Shown: piece after piece, positions 38,464-48,775 of the stretch
How the letters are laid out: each line of letters opens with the position of its first letter
Numbering within the stretch: position 1 is the first letter of the stretch
From: an uncultured Clostridia bacterium
Lineage (GTDB): Bacteria; Bacillota; Clostridia; TANB77; CAG-508
Assembly (NCBI GenBank): GCA_947630155.1
Contig: CANRGM010000001.1
Coordinates: 1 to 52,485, forward strand
Length of the DNA stretch: 52,485 nucleotides
Direction of reading: 5' to 3'
The notes under the pieces: model-generated
Told to the model about the DNA's origin: nothing
Database searches by the model: none
Seen by the model: only the letters and a program-made list of their open reading frames with translations
Position numbers and translations under genes: made by a program

Positions 38464-38580
38464 ATGTGTTCCTCCTTACAATTATAAATATTATTTTTTT
38501 ACTTAATTTAATTTCTAATATTATCTTTTATGTATGTTATATATGCTAAAGTTATATTTTTTAAAATTTATTCATTTTAA

Positions 38581-41529
38581 TTATTTCACTTTATTTTTAT
38601 TTATTAAATATTTTTGTATCCTATTGCCAAATAATTCTGGATATTGTTCAGTTTCTTCTTTGAAAAGATTCATAAAATATTTTGCTTCTTCATCATCAAA
38701 TTGCTTTTTTCTTTGATATGCATAAAATTTAATCTTATCAGTCATTTTAAATGTTTCAATTAATTCAAATCGCTCCTTTATAAATTGTGATTCTTCGAAA
38801 GCATATTTAATTTTGGGAATAATGGTTCCCTTTTTTGCTCCCGTATTCTCTAAAACTGTATTGGATATAAATACATATTTAGATTCGAATATTCCTGTTG
38901 GGAATCCATGAGCAGAATTTATTGATGATTCATATGGAATAATTTCATTCAATCTTCTATCTGGATGTATATAATTTGAAAATGTCTGTGCACAATAATT
39001 CAATGTAGCTGCATTAATATATGCTTTTTCTCCATTATTGCAGTTATCAAGTATAAATTTTGCCATCTCACCAATCCTATCATAATCTTCTCTTTTTATT
39101 GGTTTTAAACTTGTGTCACAAAAATAAAGATTATTATGGAATCTTTTGTTTTCAGATAAAGAACCATACAAATTGACAATTGATATAAGTAATATTGTAA
39201 AGAATAATCCATTTCTAATTGCTTTTACTTTTATTCTATCTATAAGTACTATACACATAATTAACATATATACATATGTAGGTATAAGTAATAATGAATG
39301 ATGATTTCCCATATTTTGAAGTCTTGTAAACATGAATATGGTTATTGATGCTGTGAATATCATTTGCAGTGTACCATTTCGACATTTTTTATTAATTAAT
39401 CCATAAATAAGACCTACTATGATTAATCCTATGAATATTCCTCCAACTCGATTATATTGTAATTCTAATTCTTTTGCAAGCCCTCCAATATTCCAAGCTG
39501 AATAAGAACTATTAAAATTATTGTCTATTAGTTTATATATCATTGGAGATAGAATTGCACCTATTATTATGATTGAACACACTCCAACTTTCAACATATT
39601 AATTAAAGTTACCTTGAACTTTGAATAATCTTTTTTTATAAGCTGATTTATGCATACAATTATAAAATAAGTAAAATAGTAACTTACAATCCAATATACA
39701 TACCATCTTCTTGTTATTAAAAGACATAGTGTTGATATTACAATCAATATAACTCTTGCATTTTCAATTTTGGAAAAGTCATAATCTATTGTTAAAAGTA
39801 TGATTAGTTCAACAAAAAGTAGTCCCATAATATCCGGTTGTCCCATTATTGCAGCCCTATGTAATAGCGGAAATGAAATAATGGTTACTAAACTCAATAT
39901 AAATACTTTTCGATTATCTGTTAAATTTAATTTTGCAATAACTTTTTTTATTATCATACTATATAGAAGAACAATTGGAATTATTGATACAAAAGTATAC
40001 GTTAATATAAAAGAATTTTCTGTTTGATTTGTATATTTAAAAATTAAGCTAGTAAATGATAACAAGAAATATCCATAATCATTATAATATGTAGTTTTTA
40101 TAATCTCTTTAATTCCAGTAATAAAATTTGCATCGAATTTTTCTAATAAATATAATTGCCTTAAGTAATAACATGAATTATCCCATGTATATATCATTTT
40201 TCTTGTTAGAACAACATAGGCATATATTGAAAATATTGCTATTATGGTTACACTATTTAAAAATATAAATTGCTTATCTTTAAGGTTCACTTTTGCAATC
40301 TTTGATACTTCAAAAATTAATAGTATTAAAAACATAATAGCCCAAATTCCAAATACTATAAAAGTTATGTCTGATAACTGTACTACTAACTTATTTATGA
40401 TAGCTAAAAATATCATTATTACTGTCATGGTAATGAAAACTTTCTCTATTAAATTTAATTTACAGAATATTCTTTTTAATTTATCAATAATATATTTTCG
40501 TTCTTCCCCTTTAGTGAAATTAATTAATACTACTCCAAAAGTAATTATTAATAGTTTAATAATTAGAACTGTTATTTTATATGAAGTATTATATATACAT
40601 AGTCCTTTTAACCACGAGTAATTTATTAACTGCATCTCTAAATAGTGTAAAATTAAAACATATATACCATTTTTACCATACCAACCTAATATTTCACCAA
40701 TTTTTTTATATTTTTTTTCAATTATCATAGATAATTTCATTACAATAAGACTTCCACAAAGAGCACTCAAAAAACAAAACATTCCATTAGTATATTTTCG
40801 AATTGCAATCTCAATATTTCCATATTTTATACCTAATATCCAAATAAAAAATATTAATAATAATGTTTTTTTGTCATTTAATAATCTTGATAATACATTG
40901 TATTTATTTAATATGTATCCAAAATAATAAAATATAATGCATGCAAATACCACATCTAAGCTAAATGGAAGCCAATATTGTTTTAATCCTATTATGTATC
41001 CTAAATATGATAAGATTATACAAAATAATCCCAAAAAAATATCATTGTCTTTTTTTATCATTCTTTTCATAGTACAGAAAAGTACACTTATTATAGCTAA
41101 AAGAGGAAAAAGCCATAAAACACTGATTGATTGTATATTAGTCTTAACATTTAAAAATGAGTAGGAAAGCATAATTTGCTCAGCATATTTCTTTAATAAT
41201 TCTAATAAAGTATTATTATTTATTAAAACCTCCCTTACAAAATCCGCAAAAAAAACTGCTATAAGATATGGTATTATTAGTTTTTTAATAACATCTTGCA
41301 AACATATTTTTAAATTTTTATCTTTGTATAAAATCCCACTTATTATGATAAGCAATGGCATATGAAATGAATAAATTAAATTTCTTTTCAAACCAGGTTC
41401 TACTATATGTCCAATGATTATTAAAATAATTGAAATTCCTATTGCTATATCTATATATCCTATATGTTTTTCTTCTTTAGATATATTACTCTTCTTTTTA
41501 TCCATATTATTTACTAGTCTTTCTTTCAT
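38581..41529 (-). CDS. 982-aa fusion protein: an N-terminal acyltransferase-3 (OafA/OatA-type) domain, a large polytopic GT-C-like region, and a C-terminal soluble domain
   Basis: Residues 20-340 or so carry AT3 hallmarks (YIDIAIGISIILIIIGH, FHMPLLIIISG). About 12 further TM helices follow, with loops such as PLLHRAAIMGQPDIMG. The last 190 aa or so are hydrophilic. Confidence 0.7.
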   Translation of the reverse strand: MKERLVNNMDKKKSNISKEEKHIGYIDIAIGISIILIIIGHIVEPGLKRNLIYSFHMPLLIIISGILYKDKNLKICLQDVIKKLIIPYLIAVFFADFVREVLINNNTLLELLKKYAEQIMLSYSFLNVKTNIQSISVLWLFPLLAIISVLFCTMKRMIKKDNDIFLGLFCIILSYLGYIIGLKQYWLPFSLDVVFACIIFYYFGYILNKYNVLSRLLNDKKTLLLIFFIWILGIKYGNIEIAIRKYTNGMFCFLSALCGSLIVMKLSMIIEKKYKKIGEILGWYGKNGIYVLILHYLEMQLINYSWLKGLCIYNTSYKITVLIIKLLIITFGVVLINFTKGEERKYIIDKLKRIFCKLNLIEKVFITMTVIMIFLAIINKLVVQLSDITFIVFGIWAIMFLILLIFEVSKIAKVNLKDKQFIFLNSVTIIAIFSIYAYVVLTRKMIYTWDNSCYYLRQLYLLEKFDANFITGIKEIIKTTYYNDYGYFLLSFTSLIFKYTNQTENSFILTYTFVSIIPIVLLYSMIIKKVIAKLNLTDNRKVFILSLVTIISFPLLHRAAIMGQPDIMGLLFVELIILLTIDYDFSKIENARVILIVISTLCLLITRRWYVYWIVSYYFTYFIIVCINQLIKKDYSKFKVTLINMLKVGVCSIIIIGAILSPMIYKLIDNNFNSSYSAWNIGGLAKELELQYNRVGGIFIGLIIVGLIYGLINKKCRNGTLQMIFTASITIFMFTRLQNMGNHHSLLLIPTYVYMLIMCIVLIDRIKVKAIRNGLFFTILLISIVNLYGSLSENKRFHNNLYFCDTSLKPIKREDYDRIGEMAKFILDNCNNGEKAYINAATLNYCAQTFSNYIHPDRRLNEIIPYESSINSAHGFPTGIFESKYVFISNTVLENTGAKKGTIIPKIKYAFEESQFIKERFELIETFKMTDKIKFYAYQRKKQFDDEEAKYFMNLFKEETEQYPELFGNRIQKYLINKNKVK

Positions 41530-41574
41530 TTTTCCTCCTAATTTATATAAAAGATATTCTATATAAAAATATTT

Positions 41575-42705
41575 TTAAGATATAAAAAGTTTTTTTATAC
41601 ATTTAATTCTAGGAAGTACTATTTTTATCATATAATATAGTACAATTGAAACAGCTAAATCAATTGCTATAACGAGAATACATTCTTTATAATAGTTTAA
41701 ATATCCACTGCCTATTTTTAGTGATAAATAATTAATTAGCGTTATTATCCACATCTGATTTAAATATAATGGGAGCGAAACTTTTTGTAAGAAATAAAAT
41801 AATTTATTATTTGAAGATTTTAATAATAAACTTTGTTCACTAAATGATATACTTACGCAAATACATAAAATTAATAGCATAACGAAATCATATTTTATAT
41901 GGGCATCTTTTATATTGGATATGAAAAATATACTAGTATATCCTACTACCTCTATTAATGTAAACAATGCTCTTGCCAATCTAGTCCAATTCTGAACTTT
42001 TATTTTTTCAACCAACTCATATAGTATAACTCCAAGTGTTAATTCTAGAAACGCTCTAATTGTACTATTATATGTTAATCCATCCCAAAGCCAAGGATTT
42101 GATAATCTATGATATTTATGTCCCAAATATCCAAGCAAAATGACTACTATAGTTGGTGCTATAATATAAACAAAATTTTTCCTATATTTTACTATTAACG
42201 GATATAGTACATTCATACATATTAACATTGCAGAAATATACCAAGCCAATCCTAATATACTTGATCTAGGTAATGCAACATTCTCAAGAAACAATAAATC
42301 AAAAATAGTATTAATAGCTCTATCTTTAGTATAGTCTTCAACTATATAATATATTGGAAATGCTATAATATATATTATTAAGAAATATGGAAAAAAATTT
42401 TTAATTTTCTTCCATATAAACTTAAATGTTGATTTATACAATTCCCCATTAGGTACGTTATCACTTCTTAAAGCTTTTTTCCCTAATAAATATCCCGATA
42501 CTAAGAAAAAGAAATCTACTGCTATACTCCCACATGCAAATATTATTTTACAATCTGTTTTCATTTCCTGTCCTACATGTGTTAGTATAATCAATAAACA
42601 AAACATAAATTTCCAAAATGCAATTATTCCATTTTGTTGCTCTTTTTTTCCCAAAACATTAACATCACTACTATATTTTAAACCTTCCATATTAGTACCA
42701 TCCAT
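41575..42705 (-). CDS. acyltransferase-3 family O-acyltransferase (stand-alone)
   Basis: 376 aa with 10 or so TM helices and an AT3-like N-terminus (IIAFWKFMFCLLIILTHV, DFFFLVSGYLLG). Confidence 0.75.
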   Translation of the reverse strand: MDGTNMEGLKYSSDVNVLGKKEQQNGIIAFWKFMFCLLIILTHVGQEMKTDCKIIFACGSIAVDFFFLVSGYLLGKKALRSDNVPNGELYKSTFKFIWKKIKNFFPYFLIIYIIAFPIYYIVEDYTKDRAINTIFDLLFLENVALPRSSILGLAWYISAMLICMNVLYPLIVKYRKNFVYIIAPTIVVILLGYLGHKYHRLSNPWLWDGLTYNSTIRAFLELTLGVILYELVEKIKVQNWTRLARALFTLIEVVGYTSIFFISNIKDAHIKYDFVMLLILCICVSISFSEQSLLLKSSNNKLFYFLQKVSLPLYLNQMWIITLINYLSLKIGSGYLNYYKECILVIAIDLAVSIVLYYMIKIVLPRIKCIKKLFIS

Positions 42706-42725
42706 TTCATATTTGATTTTACCAT

Positions 42726-44216
42726 TTATTTTTTTATCATCCTAATAATTTTCTTTATTTGATTACCATAAAATAACATTATAGTCATTCCATAAACAAT
42801 TATCGCTAAAACTGCATTTTTTACAGCAAATATAGTCCATTCCATTATCCCAATATTATCAAATTTAAAAAGTAAATTTGATAATATAATTAATATAACT
42901 GATGGTATACAAAAAATCATAAAATTTTTTATTGCGGTTTTTACACTTCTATATAAAATGTTCTTTTTTAAGAAGAATATGTGTGCAATTGTTCTATATG
43001 TCATTGAAACAAGTGTACCAAAGGCAACCCCCACTATTCCAAATTTAATTACCAGAACAACTGATATAATAACATTTAATATTGCTTCTATGTAAGCATA
43101 CTTACTTATTTCCTTAAATTTATTTGCACAATACGCCATATTTACATATGGTTCTCTTATACAAAACATAAATTCAGCTAATATCATCATCCACCCTAAT
43201 ACAGGTTGAAAATAATTCGTATCTGTAATCCCTTTTGTGTATAATTGTACAAATGGTGTAATACATAACCCTCCAACTATAAATAAAAAGAAAGTTGAAC
43301 AATATATAATAAGTTCATATAATTCAAATGTTTCTTTCAATTTTATCTTATCTTGACCAGAATATACATGTCCTAATGTAGGTTGTATACCCGCTGAAAT
43401 TGAAGTAATTAAGCTTTTTAAACCAGATGTAACTAAATAGTATACAGAGTAAATTGAAACATTTTTTAAATCACTTAATAAACTTAAAATCACAACATCT
43501 GTATTATTATGCATAAACGCTGCAATGTTTATGCCGAATCCATCCCATCTTTGCGCTAACGCATTATTATCTGGTTTAGAATTTTTGTCTATATCATAAT
43601 GTTTTTTTACATATAAATTAAATAATATTGGTTGTAATAAGTAGATAATGGATGTAACTATTTTTATAATATGAATATTTGGACATATTTTTATACCAAT
43701 AGCAACTCCTAATGTATTTAATATAATAACCGCAATTTGTACAAATGAAATATAATATACTTTTTTGTCCGCTCTAAGCAATGTTCTCCAAGTTATTGAA
43801 AAGCAATACTGACAAAATAAATTTATACTTAAAATTAATGTTAAACTTGATATATATCCAAAAGAAAAATCAGATTTAACAATAATTGGATATACTATTG
43901 CTAAAATCAAAGTATACACAACAAACAGCAAAGATAATTTTTTATAAAATTTATTTGTAGCTGAAATAATTGAACTAGTTTTTTCGTTATCTTTTTCTCT
44001 TAATGGTTTATACAAGGAAGCTAAGATAACAGAACTAAGACCTCCTTCAAATAAATCCATATACTTTAAGAATTGTGTCAAAGATGAAACTAGCCCATTA
44101 ACTTCAGAGCCAAAAGTTTCTAACAATAATTTTGGAACTATAAAGCCACTAATTATTGTAACAAATTGCAATAAGATGGATGAAATTGTATTAATTAAAG
44201 TTATTTTATTTTTCAT
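42726..44216 (-). CDS. wzx: MOP/PST-family oligosaccharide flippase (Wzx-like)
   Basis: 496 aa with about 14 TM helices and polysaccharide-biosynthesis-protein architecture. Confidence 0.75.
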   Translation of the reverse strand: MKNKITLINTISSILLQFVTIISGFIVPKLLLETFGSEVNGLVSSLTQFLKYMDLFEGGLSSVILASLYKPLREKDNEKTSSIISATNKFYKKLSLLFVVYTLILAIVYPIIVKSDFSFGYISSLTLILSINLFCQYCFSITWRTLLRADKKVYYISFVQIAVIILNTLGVAIGIKICPNIHIIKIVTSIIYLLQPILFNLYVKKHYDIDKNSKPDNNALAQRWDGFGINIAAFMHNNTDVVILSLLSDLKNVSIYSVYYLVTSGLKSLITSISAGIQPTLGHVYSGQDKIKLKETFELYELIIYCSTFFLFIVGGLCITPFVQLYTKGITDTNYFQPVLGWMMILAEFMFCIREPYVNMAYCANKFKEISKYAYIEAILNVIISVVLVIKFGIVGVAFGTLVSMTYRTIAHIFFLKKNILYRSVKTAIKNFMIFCIPSVILIILSNLLFKFDNIGIMEWTIFAVKNAVLAIIVYGMTIMLFYGNQIKKIIRMIKK

Positions 44217-45249
44217 TTTTATTTTCTTCCTCTAAAAATTTTAATAGTCTTATGTATCCCTCTTTTATGTCATATTTACTCTTCCAACCTAATTTTTTTA
44301 TTTTTTCATTTGACAATACCATATGATTATTTGGAGCATAGCCTCCATTGTTAACATCAATATCAAACTGAACATTATTATTTCCATTACCAAATTTCTC
44401 AATTAACCATTTTGCACTATCAAGTATTGTCATATTTGTCTTTTCTGAAACAATATTATATGATTCTCCATTATCTCCATTTAACAATAAGAATAAAATT
44501 CCTATAATTGCATCTGTTGTATAACAAAAATTGATTTTAGTTTCTCCTGTTGACTTTAAAACTATATCTGATTTATTTAATATACCATCTGCAAAAATTT
44601 TATACACCCTATTCTCTTGCTTGCTTATCCCTGCTCCGAATGTTTGAGCTAATCTTGCTATTTTCACTGGAACATTATATTCTTTAAAATATGAATAACA
44701 ATATAATTCACAAATTCGCTTTGATTCTGGATATGAACTTCTTGTAGATTTTAAATCTATATATCCAAGTTTTTCTTCGGTAACATTTTCATTGTCTAAA
44801 ACTCCATACATCTCCATAGATGATAAATACACCATAGAATTGATATTATTTTTTTTAGCAATATCTAGTATCTTTTTAGTTCCTAAGACTGAAATATCTA
44901 TCGTTTCAACAGGATTTTCCGCTAAAAATTTTGATTTTGTTGGAGATGCAGCATGAATGATATATTCAACATTGTTAATAAATTCACAATTCAGAATATC
45001 CGATTCAATATATTTTATATAAACACTATCATTAAATATTTCTTTTGCTTTTTCAATATCTCTAACAATAAGAGTTAATTTAATTTGTGAATTAAACATC
45101 TGATTTCTTAATAATATTGCTTTTACTAGAATTGACCCTATCAATCCTGTTGCACCAGTAATTAATATATTTTTTCCTTTTAACTTATCCCATTCGATAT
45201 AATTATTATTAGCTATTTCTGATAAATCTTCTTCAAACACCGAGTTCAT
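44206..45249 (-). CDS. extended-SDR NAD(P)-dependent epimerase/dehydratase/reductase
   Basis: ILITGATGLIGS Rossmann motif and YPESK (YxxxK) catalytic motif. 347 aa. Confidence 0.8.
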   Translation of the reverse strand: MNSVFEEDLSEIANNNYIEWDKLKGKNILITGATGLIGSILVKAILLRNQMFNSQIKLTLIVRDIEKAKEIFNDSVYIKYIESDILNCEFINNVEYIIHAASPTKSKFLAENPVETIDISVLGTKKILDIAKKNNINSMVYLSSMEMYGVLDNENVTEEKLGYIDLKSTRSSYPESKRICELYCYSYFKEYNVPVKIARLAQTFGAGISKQENRVYKIFADGILNKSDIVLKSTGETKINFCYTTDAIIGILFLLLNGDNGESYNIVSEKTNMTILDSAKWLIEKFGNGNNNVQFDIDVNNGGYAPNNHMVLSNEKIKKLGWKSKYDIKEGYIRLLKFLEEENKNEK

Positions 45250-46468
45250 TTATTTCCTTCTTTCTTTTTAATTTAAACTTTATTTGATTATCATCAACTA
45301 TTACTTTAACAAACAGTAATATGAAAATATTATACGCTATTTTAACTAACTGTGGATCAATAAAAGAATGCATTATAATTAGAAATAATATTGCAATCAA
45401 TAAATTATCCGTATTTTCTTTTTTCTCTTCTTTTTTTATTAAATAGTAATAACCATAATTAACTAGTATTAAAACTATTATTCCATAATTATATAGAATA
45501 TTTATATATGAATTATCAACATAAAAGAACTCAGATTCTTTGTTTTTTCCTTCATATATCATAGATAAACCTATCCATTCCATTTTATTCCCAAATAATT
45601 TAATATCATAGTCTTGTTTAGTTGTATACAAATGCCTTAATCTTCCACTTACAAACGAGTCAATTTTTCTCCATGTGTTACTCTGTGGATTATATAAATT
45701 CATTAGTAAAATTGAAAATAAAGTAAAAAATATAACCGAATATTTAGCACATTTATTAAAAATTTTTTTTGCTTTTAACATTTGAAATTTGTTATATATT
45801 ATAGAAATAAATATTATAAAGATTGAGAATAACAATTCATTTCTTGAATTTGTAACTAGGTACATAATTATATTGATAATACCTATACTAATATATTCAT
45901 ATATTTTTATATTTTTATCTCTACTATATATATATAACATTGTTAAATACCATATAAACAAGGATGGGTATGTCGCATATTGAAAGCCTAATGAATATCT
46001 ATTTACTTTAGAATTACTCCTACCAAAAATTCTATTGGGTATAACCTTACATAAAGCTAATATAATGATTAACAATACACAAATTCCTTCACCAATCAAT
46101 ACATACTTAACAATTTTTTTGAATTCTAAATCATATGCTCCTAATATAATAACAAAATACTGGATAACAGCTCTATTAGTAGAAAAAATCGTAGTTAAAG
46201 TAAAAATCAAACCTAAAATAAATATTCTTAAATAAGTATTCTTACTATATTTTTTTATATCACAAAATAAAATTTTCACTACAATAACTGCTAAGCAAAG
46301 ATATTTTATTAAAGATTTATATATAGATATTCGTTCTACTATAAATGTAGTAGTTGTATCTATTAGGGTTATATTAATATAAATTATTAAGGATATTACA
46401 TATAAAAAATATTTTTTATCATTAATAAATATTTTTATACTTTTTAAAAAATTATTCATCTTATTCAT
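45233..46468 (-). CDS. polytopic membrane protein, probable repeat-unit polymerase (Wzy-like)
   Basis: 411 aa with 10 or more TM helices. It sits between SDR/wzx and the cytidylyltransferase in a Wzx-type locus. No diagnostic motif was seen, so the assignment rests on context. Confidence 0.5.
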   Translation of the reverse strand: MNKMNNFLKSIKIFINDKKYFLYVISLIIYINITLIDTTTTFIVERISIYKSLIKYLCLAVIVVKILFCDIKKYSKNTYLRIFILGLIFTLTTIFSTNRAVIQYFVIILGAYDLEFKKIVKYVLIGEGICVLLIIILALCKVIPNRIFGRSNSKVNRYSLGFQYATYPSLFIWYLTMLYIYSRDKNIKIYEYISIGIINIIMYLVTNSRNELLFSIFIIFISIIYNKFQMLKAKKIFNKCAKYSVIFFTLFSILLMNLYNPQSNTWRKIDSFVSGRLRHLYTTKQDYDIKLFGNKMEWIGLSMIYEGKNKESEFFYVDNSYINILYNYGIIVLILVNYGYYYLIKKEEKKENTDNLLIAILFLIIMHSFIDPQLVKIAYNIFILLFVKVIVDDNQIKFKLKRKKEINELGV

Positions 46469-46477
46469 ATCTCTAAC

Positions 46478-47206
46478 TTATACACCCCATATATCTTTAT
46501 TTTTTCTCTGCTCCAGTAAAATTTTTGCAATGTAATAATCCTCTGGTGTTGTAATTTTTAGATTATCACTATTACATACGGTGATATGTGGATTCTCGTA
46601 TTTTCCGTACTTTTTCATTACAGAACATGAGTCTATACAGTCTAAATCATTATTGTCTATTGCATTTCTTTCTGCCTCTAGAATATCTTTTAAATAAAAT
46701 GATTGTGGTGCTCTTGCAACATATGTATCATCTCTTTTTGTTATTTCTTCTACATTTTCGTGAGAAGTAGATAAAATTGTGGTTTCTCTTTGCTTTACAC
46801 AACTTATAGATGTACCATATATTTTAACATTTTCTATATTTTCATCTATCAGTCTTTCATCTATAATTGGTCTTACTCCATCATGAATTAATACTATATC
46901 ATCTTCTGTTTTGCTATGACTTTCAGCTGCTTTCAATGCATTAATTATTGATTGCTGACCTGTTTCACCACCTACAACTACATCAATTACTTTTGAAATA
47001 TTATATTTAGATATAAGACTTTTTAGGTAATCCAAATGTGTTGATACTCCTGCTATAACAATTGCATCAATATTTCTCGCTTCTTCAAATATTTGCAAAG
47101 TGTATATTATAATTGGAATACCATTTATTTCTAAAAATTGCTTTGGAGTTCCGTTGGTCTTCATTCTTCTTCCAACACCTCCAGCAAATATTACAGCAAT
47201 ATTCAT
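46478..47206 (-). CDS. IspD/TarI-family cytidylyltransferase (CDP-ribitol/CDP-polyol synthase-like)
   Basis: MNIAVIFAGGVGRRM and PKQFLEINGIPIIIYTL motifs. It lies next to LicD within a glycopolymer locus. Confidence 0.8.
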   Translation of the reverse strand: MNIAVIFAGGVGRRMKTNGTPKQFLEINGIPIIIYTLQIFEEARNIDAIVIAGVSTHLDYLKSLISKYNISKVIDVVVGGETGQQSIINALKAAESHSKTEDDIVLIHDGVRPIIDERLIDENIENVKIYGTSISCVKQRETTILSTSHENVEEITKRDDTYVARAPQSFYLKDILEAERNAIDNNDLDCIDSCSVMKKYGKYENPHITVCNSDNLKITTPEDYYIAKILLEQRKNKDIWGV

Positions 47207-47217
47207 ACTAAATCCTC

Positions 47218-48036
47218 CTACATTTTTACTCTATATCCCTTATCATTATGTGGCTGTCTCTTTTCTTCGGGTGGTAGTTCCATATAATTACCATACAAAT
47301 TTGATAAATATTTGTCGTAATTCTTATAGCATGGAAATTTACCATCCTCAAAATCTATATATATAATTGGTAACATCTCCTCTTTTAACCAAATTTCTTT
47401 TTTTCCATACATACCATTCAATCCTGCCACATATTTAGCCTTATCGAACTCGACTTCCTTACAAATGTTTTCCAAATGCTTTGCAATTTTCATACTTCCA
47501 ATTTTCTTTAAGAAAGGTCTAACTATATCTTTCATACTTGCTATAATTTTTCCTTTACTACTTGTATTAGGCTTTGACAAACTTAATAATAGTAGCTTTC
47601 TCACCACTTTTACTCTCCATGCTTGAAACCTAAAAAGAATTTTATTGGAATACACACCATCCTCAACAAATATTTCTATTCCAATATAAGGACAATCATC
47701 ATCAATAGAATATTCCGAAACTCTTTTTACATCATACCTTATATACCTTGCATAATGCCTTGCAAATGTATTATTTCTGTTGGAAATTATCTCGCGATCT
47801 TTTCGTATATTTATTTTATTTTCTTCATATAATTTCATTAGTTTTTCATAATCCGGCCTATTCATATTAATATCTATATCATCATCCCATGGAATAAACC
47901 CATGATGTCTAACTGCACCCAATTGTGTACCTCCACCTAATGTATAGGAAAGATTATTCTCTTTACAAATATTATCGAATTCATGAAGCATTTCTAAATT
48001 AACTTTCTGCATTTCTTCCAGTGATAAATAGTCCAT
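47218..48036 (-). CDS. licD: LicD-family phosphotransferase (copy 1)
   Basis: Carries GGTQLGAVRHHGFIPWDDDIDINM and C-terminal YGNYMELPPEEKR motifs. Confidence 0.85.
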   Translation of the reverse strand: MDYLSLEEMQKVNLEMLHEFDNICKENNLSYTLGGGTQLGAVRHHGFIPWDDDIDINMNRPDYEKLMKLYEENKINIRKDREIISNRNNTFARHYARYIRYDVKRVSEYSIDDDCPYIGIEIFVEDGVYSNKILFRFQAWRVKVVRKLLLLSLSKPNTSSKGKIIASMKDIVRPFLKKIGSMKIAKHLENICKEVEFDKAKYVAGLNGMYGKKEIWLKEEMLPIIYIDFEDGKFPCYKNYDKYLSNLYGNYMELPPEEKRQPHNDKGYRVKM

Positions 48037-48070
48037 ATTTTATATCCCTTTCTAAAATAATGTTTATTAC

Positions 48071-48775
48071 TTAATTATTTTTAAGAAAATTCAATATTCT
48101 TTCATAATCTTCTATATAATCAACTTCTGCCCAAAACATATTATTTACATCATCAACTTTGATTTCTTGCATTTTTGTAAGCTCATATACTACATTTTCC
48201 CACCATACACTATGATTTTGAGTATTAATCATCTCATTTAATTTTGTAATAAAAGACTTCATAAATTCTTTATTGAATCTTCCAATTCCAACATATTCAC
48301 CTGAAATATCATCACCTTCAAGCTCTTTACCATATTTTAATAATATTCCGTTTTCATATTTAAATTTATAATCTGCCTCCTCTTTTCTTGAACTATCAGC
48401 AAACATAACAGGTGAATCTTTTTTAGATAATATATAATCAAATAACTTTTCCTCAAGGAAAACATCCGCATTCATAATTATTATATCATCACCAAATAAA
48501 AAATCTTTTGCAAACCATATTGATGCAATTGAATTTGTAACATCAAAAAAAGGATTATAATAATACTTTAAATTGTATTTTTTTAAAACTTCTTTTATAA
48601 TATTATCTCTATATCCTAGAACCATTGCTATATCAGTTATTCCCTTTTTATTAAACATTTTAATTGTATATTGTATTAATTTTTCATTTCCAATATCAAC
48701 TGTACATTTTGGGTTTCCGGAAAGATACCTACTTATTCTAGTTCCTCTACCTGCAGCTAATAACAACACTTTCAT
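48071..48775 (-). CDS. LicC-like nucleotidyl(cytidylyl)transferase
   Basis: MKVLLLAAGRGTRI N-terminus, MNADVF, and a C-terminal WAEVDYIEDY motif as in LicC/PntC-type enzymes. Its start codon abuts or overlaps the upstream aminotransferase stop. Confidence 0.8.
   Translation of the reverse strand: MKVLLLAAGRGTRISRYLSGNPKCTVDIGNEKLIQYTIKMFNKKGITDIAMVLGYRDNIIKEVLKKYNLKYYYNPFFDVTNSIASIWFAKDFLFGDDIIIMNADVFLEEKLFDYILSKKDSPVMFADSSRKEEADYKFKYENGILLKYGKELEGDDISGEYVGIGRFNKEFMKSFITKLNEMINTQNHSVWWENVVYELTKMQEIKVDDVNNMFWAEVDYIEDYERILNFLKNN

Noticed and set aside
46478-47206. Calling the IspD-family gene the MEP-pathway ispD
   Set aside because: It is flanked by LicD and a Wzy-like gene inside a glycopolymer locus, and no other MEP genes are nearby. 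Its sequence pattern (PKQFLEINGIPII) fits TarI-type CDP-polyol synthases equally well.
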